Shown: positions 63,196-64,000 of the stretch, piece by piece | How the letters are laid out: each line of letters starts with the position of its first letter | How positions within the stretch are numbered: position 1 is the first letter of the stretch | Source: Macrostomum lignano | Taxonomy: Eukaryota | Assembly (NCBI GenBank): GCA_002269645.1 | Contig: NIVC01002897.1 | Span: forward strand, 67,273 to 131,272 | DNA length: 64,000 nucleotides | Direction: 5' to 3' | Program-made: the position numbers and the translations under genes | The notes under the pieces: generated by a model | Seen by the model: only the letters and a program-made list of their open reading frames with translations | Database searches by the model: none | What the model was told of the DNA's origin: nothing

Positions 63196-63514
63196 CTGGC
63201 GGACATTGAAGCAGATGAAATGGGATCAATGAAAGTCATATTGTGTCACTACTCGTCACAATTTGCCCATTCTGTCACTTCTCGTCTCATTCTGTCACTT
63301 CTCGTCACATTTCGTCACTCCTCATTACAATCTGTCACTCCTCATTACAATCAGTCACTCCTCATCACAGTTTGGAACTCCCGTAATCTGTTCTCTGTCA
63401 CTCCTCGTCATCCTTTATCACTCTCCGTTATCATTTACATCACACCATCACCCTACCCATCACTCCGGTATCCTAATTAGCATCCAAACAAAGCCAACCT
63501 CTGACAAGACTCAC

Positions 63515-63810
63515 CTGAACAACGGCTCCTGTAGTTGCTACCGAGCCCATGCCGTCTGTGTAGCTCCACTGCAGCGACACTCCGGCCTCAGTCTGGGCTA
63601 AGCTAGTAATCACAGGTCTACTTGGAGAGCCAGGCACGGGACCTGTGGTAGCGTTGGCCTTGCTGTCGGGTCCCCAGCCCCAGGCTGACTGAGTTTGAGC
63701 TGCCACGCGAAATTGATAATAAGCGGACTCGGCGAGGCCTTCGGCTCTGTAGCTGGTCTGGCTGGGGTCAAGGAATACTTCAACGTTGCGCTCGCCTGAA
63801 CCGTCAGTTG
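63515..63810 (-). CDS. sdk: Sidekick-like receptor, FN3 exon (gene continues beyond the window)
   Basis: SYRAEGLAESAYYQFRVAAQTQSAWG..PGSPSRPVITS..VSLQWS FN3 pattern; TAG acceptor 63813-11, donor GTGAGT at 63514, in phase with the next exon. Confidence 0.85.
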
Positions 63811-63916
63811 CTAGGAGTCGAGTGAAAGCTGTTGTTGGGATAGAAGATAGGGTTAGTTGTTGATAAATAAGGCATAATATTGTGGTAATGGATAATAAAA
63901 GAGCAGAACCTTCACT

Positions 63917-64000
63917 TCTGTCACTCCTGTAACTCCATGTCCGTCACTTTCTGTGTCACTCCTGTAACTCCATGCCCGTCACTTTCTGTCACTCCCTGTA
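63917..64000. repeat. Start of a TCACTCCTGTAACTCCATG-type intronic repeat, cut by the window edge
   Basis: Two units visible. Confidence 0.6.

Overview
Eukaryotic (invertebrate metazoan) genomic DNA, not prokaryotic. The repeat-filled introns, poly-Q-rich proteins and innexin are reminiscent of a Macrostomum-type flatworm, but this is inference only. Five spliced protein-coding genes were assembled by hand from GT-AG junctions with consistent phases: an innexin (+, 2 exons), a myosuppressin/DmsR-like peptide GPCR (+, 2-3 exons), CDK8 (-, 4 exons, with a frame break near its start), a TOPORS-like RING E3 ligase (-, 2 exons) and the 3' part of a Sidekick-like FN3 adhesion receptor (-, runs off the right edge). 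Most long ORFs in the supplied track are artefacts of about 30 micro/minisatellite arrays. Mobile DNA includes a head-to-tail dimer of a non-autonomous Helitron-like element (3732-10991, exact CTAG|TC junction, each copy with a tRNA-like module and a different minisatellite), four copies of a tRNA-headed CORE-type SINE, and two MITE-like elements. Best leads: the Helitron dimer; 3' splice sites 1-11 nt before the ATG of all four genes whose start is visible (possible spliced-leader trans-splicing); and the CDK8 frame break. No CRISPR array, rRNA or intact tRNA gene is supported.
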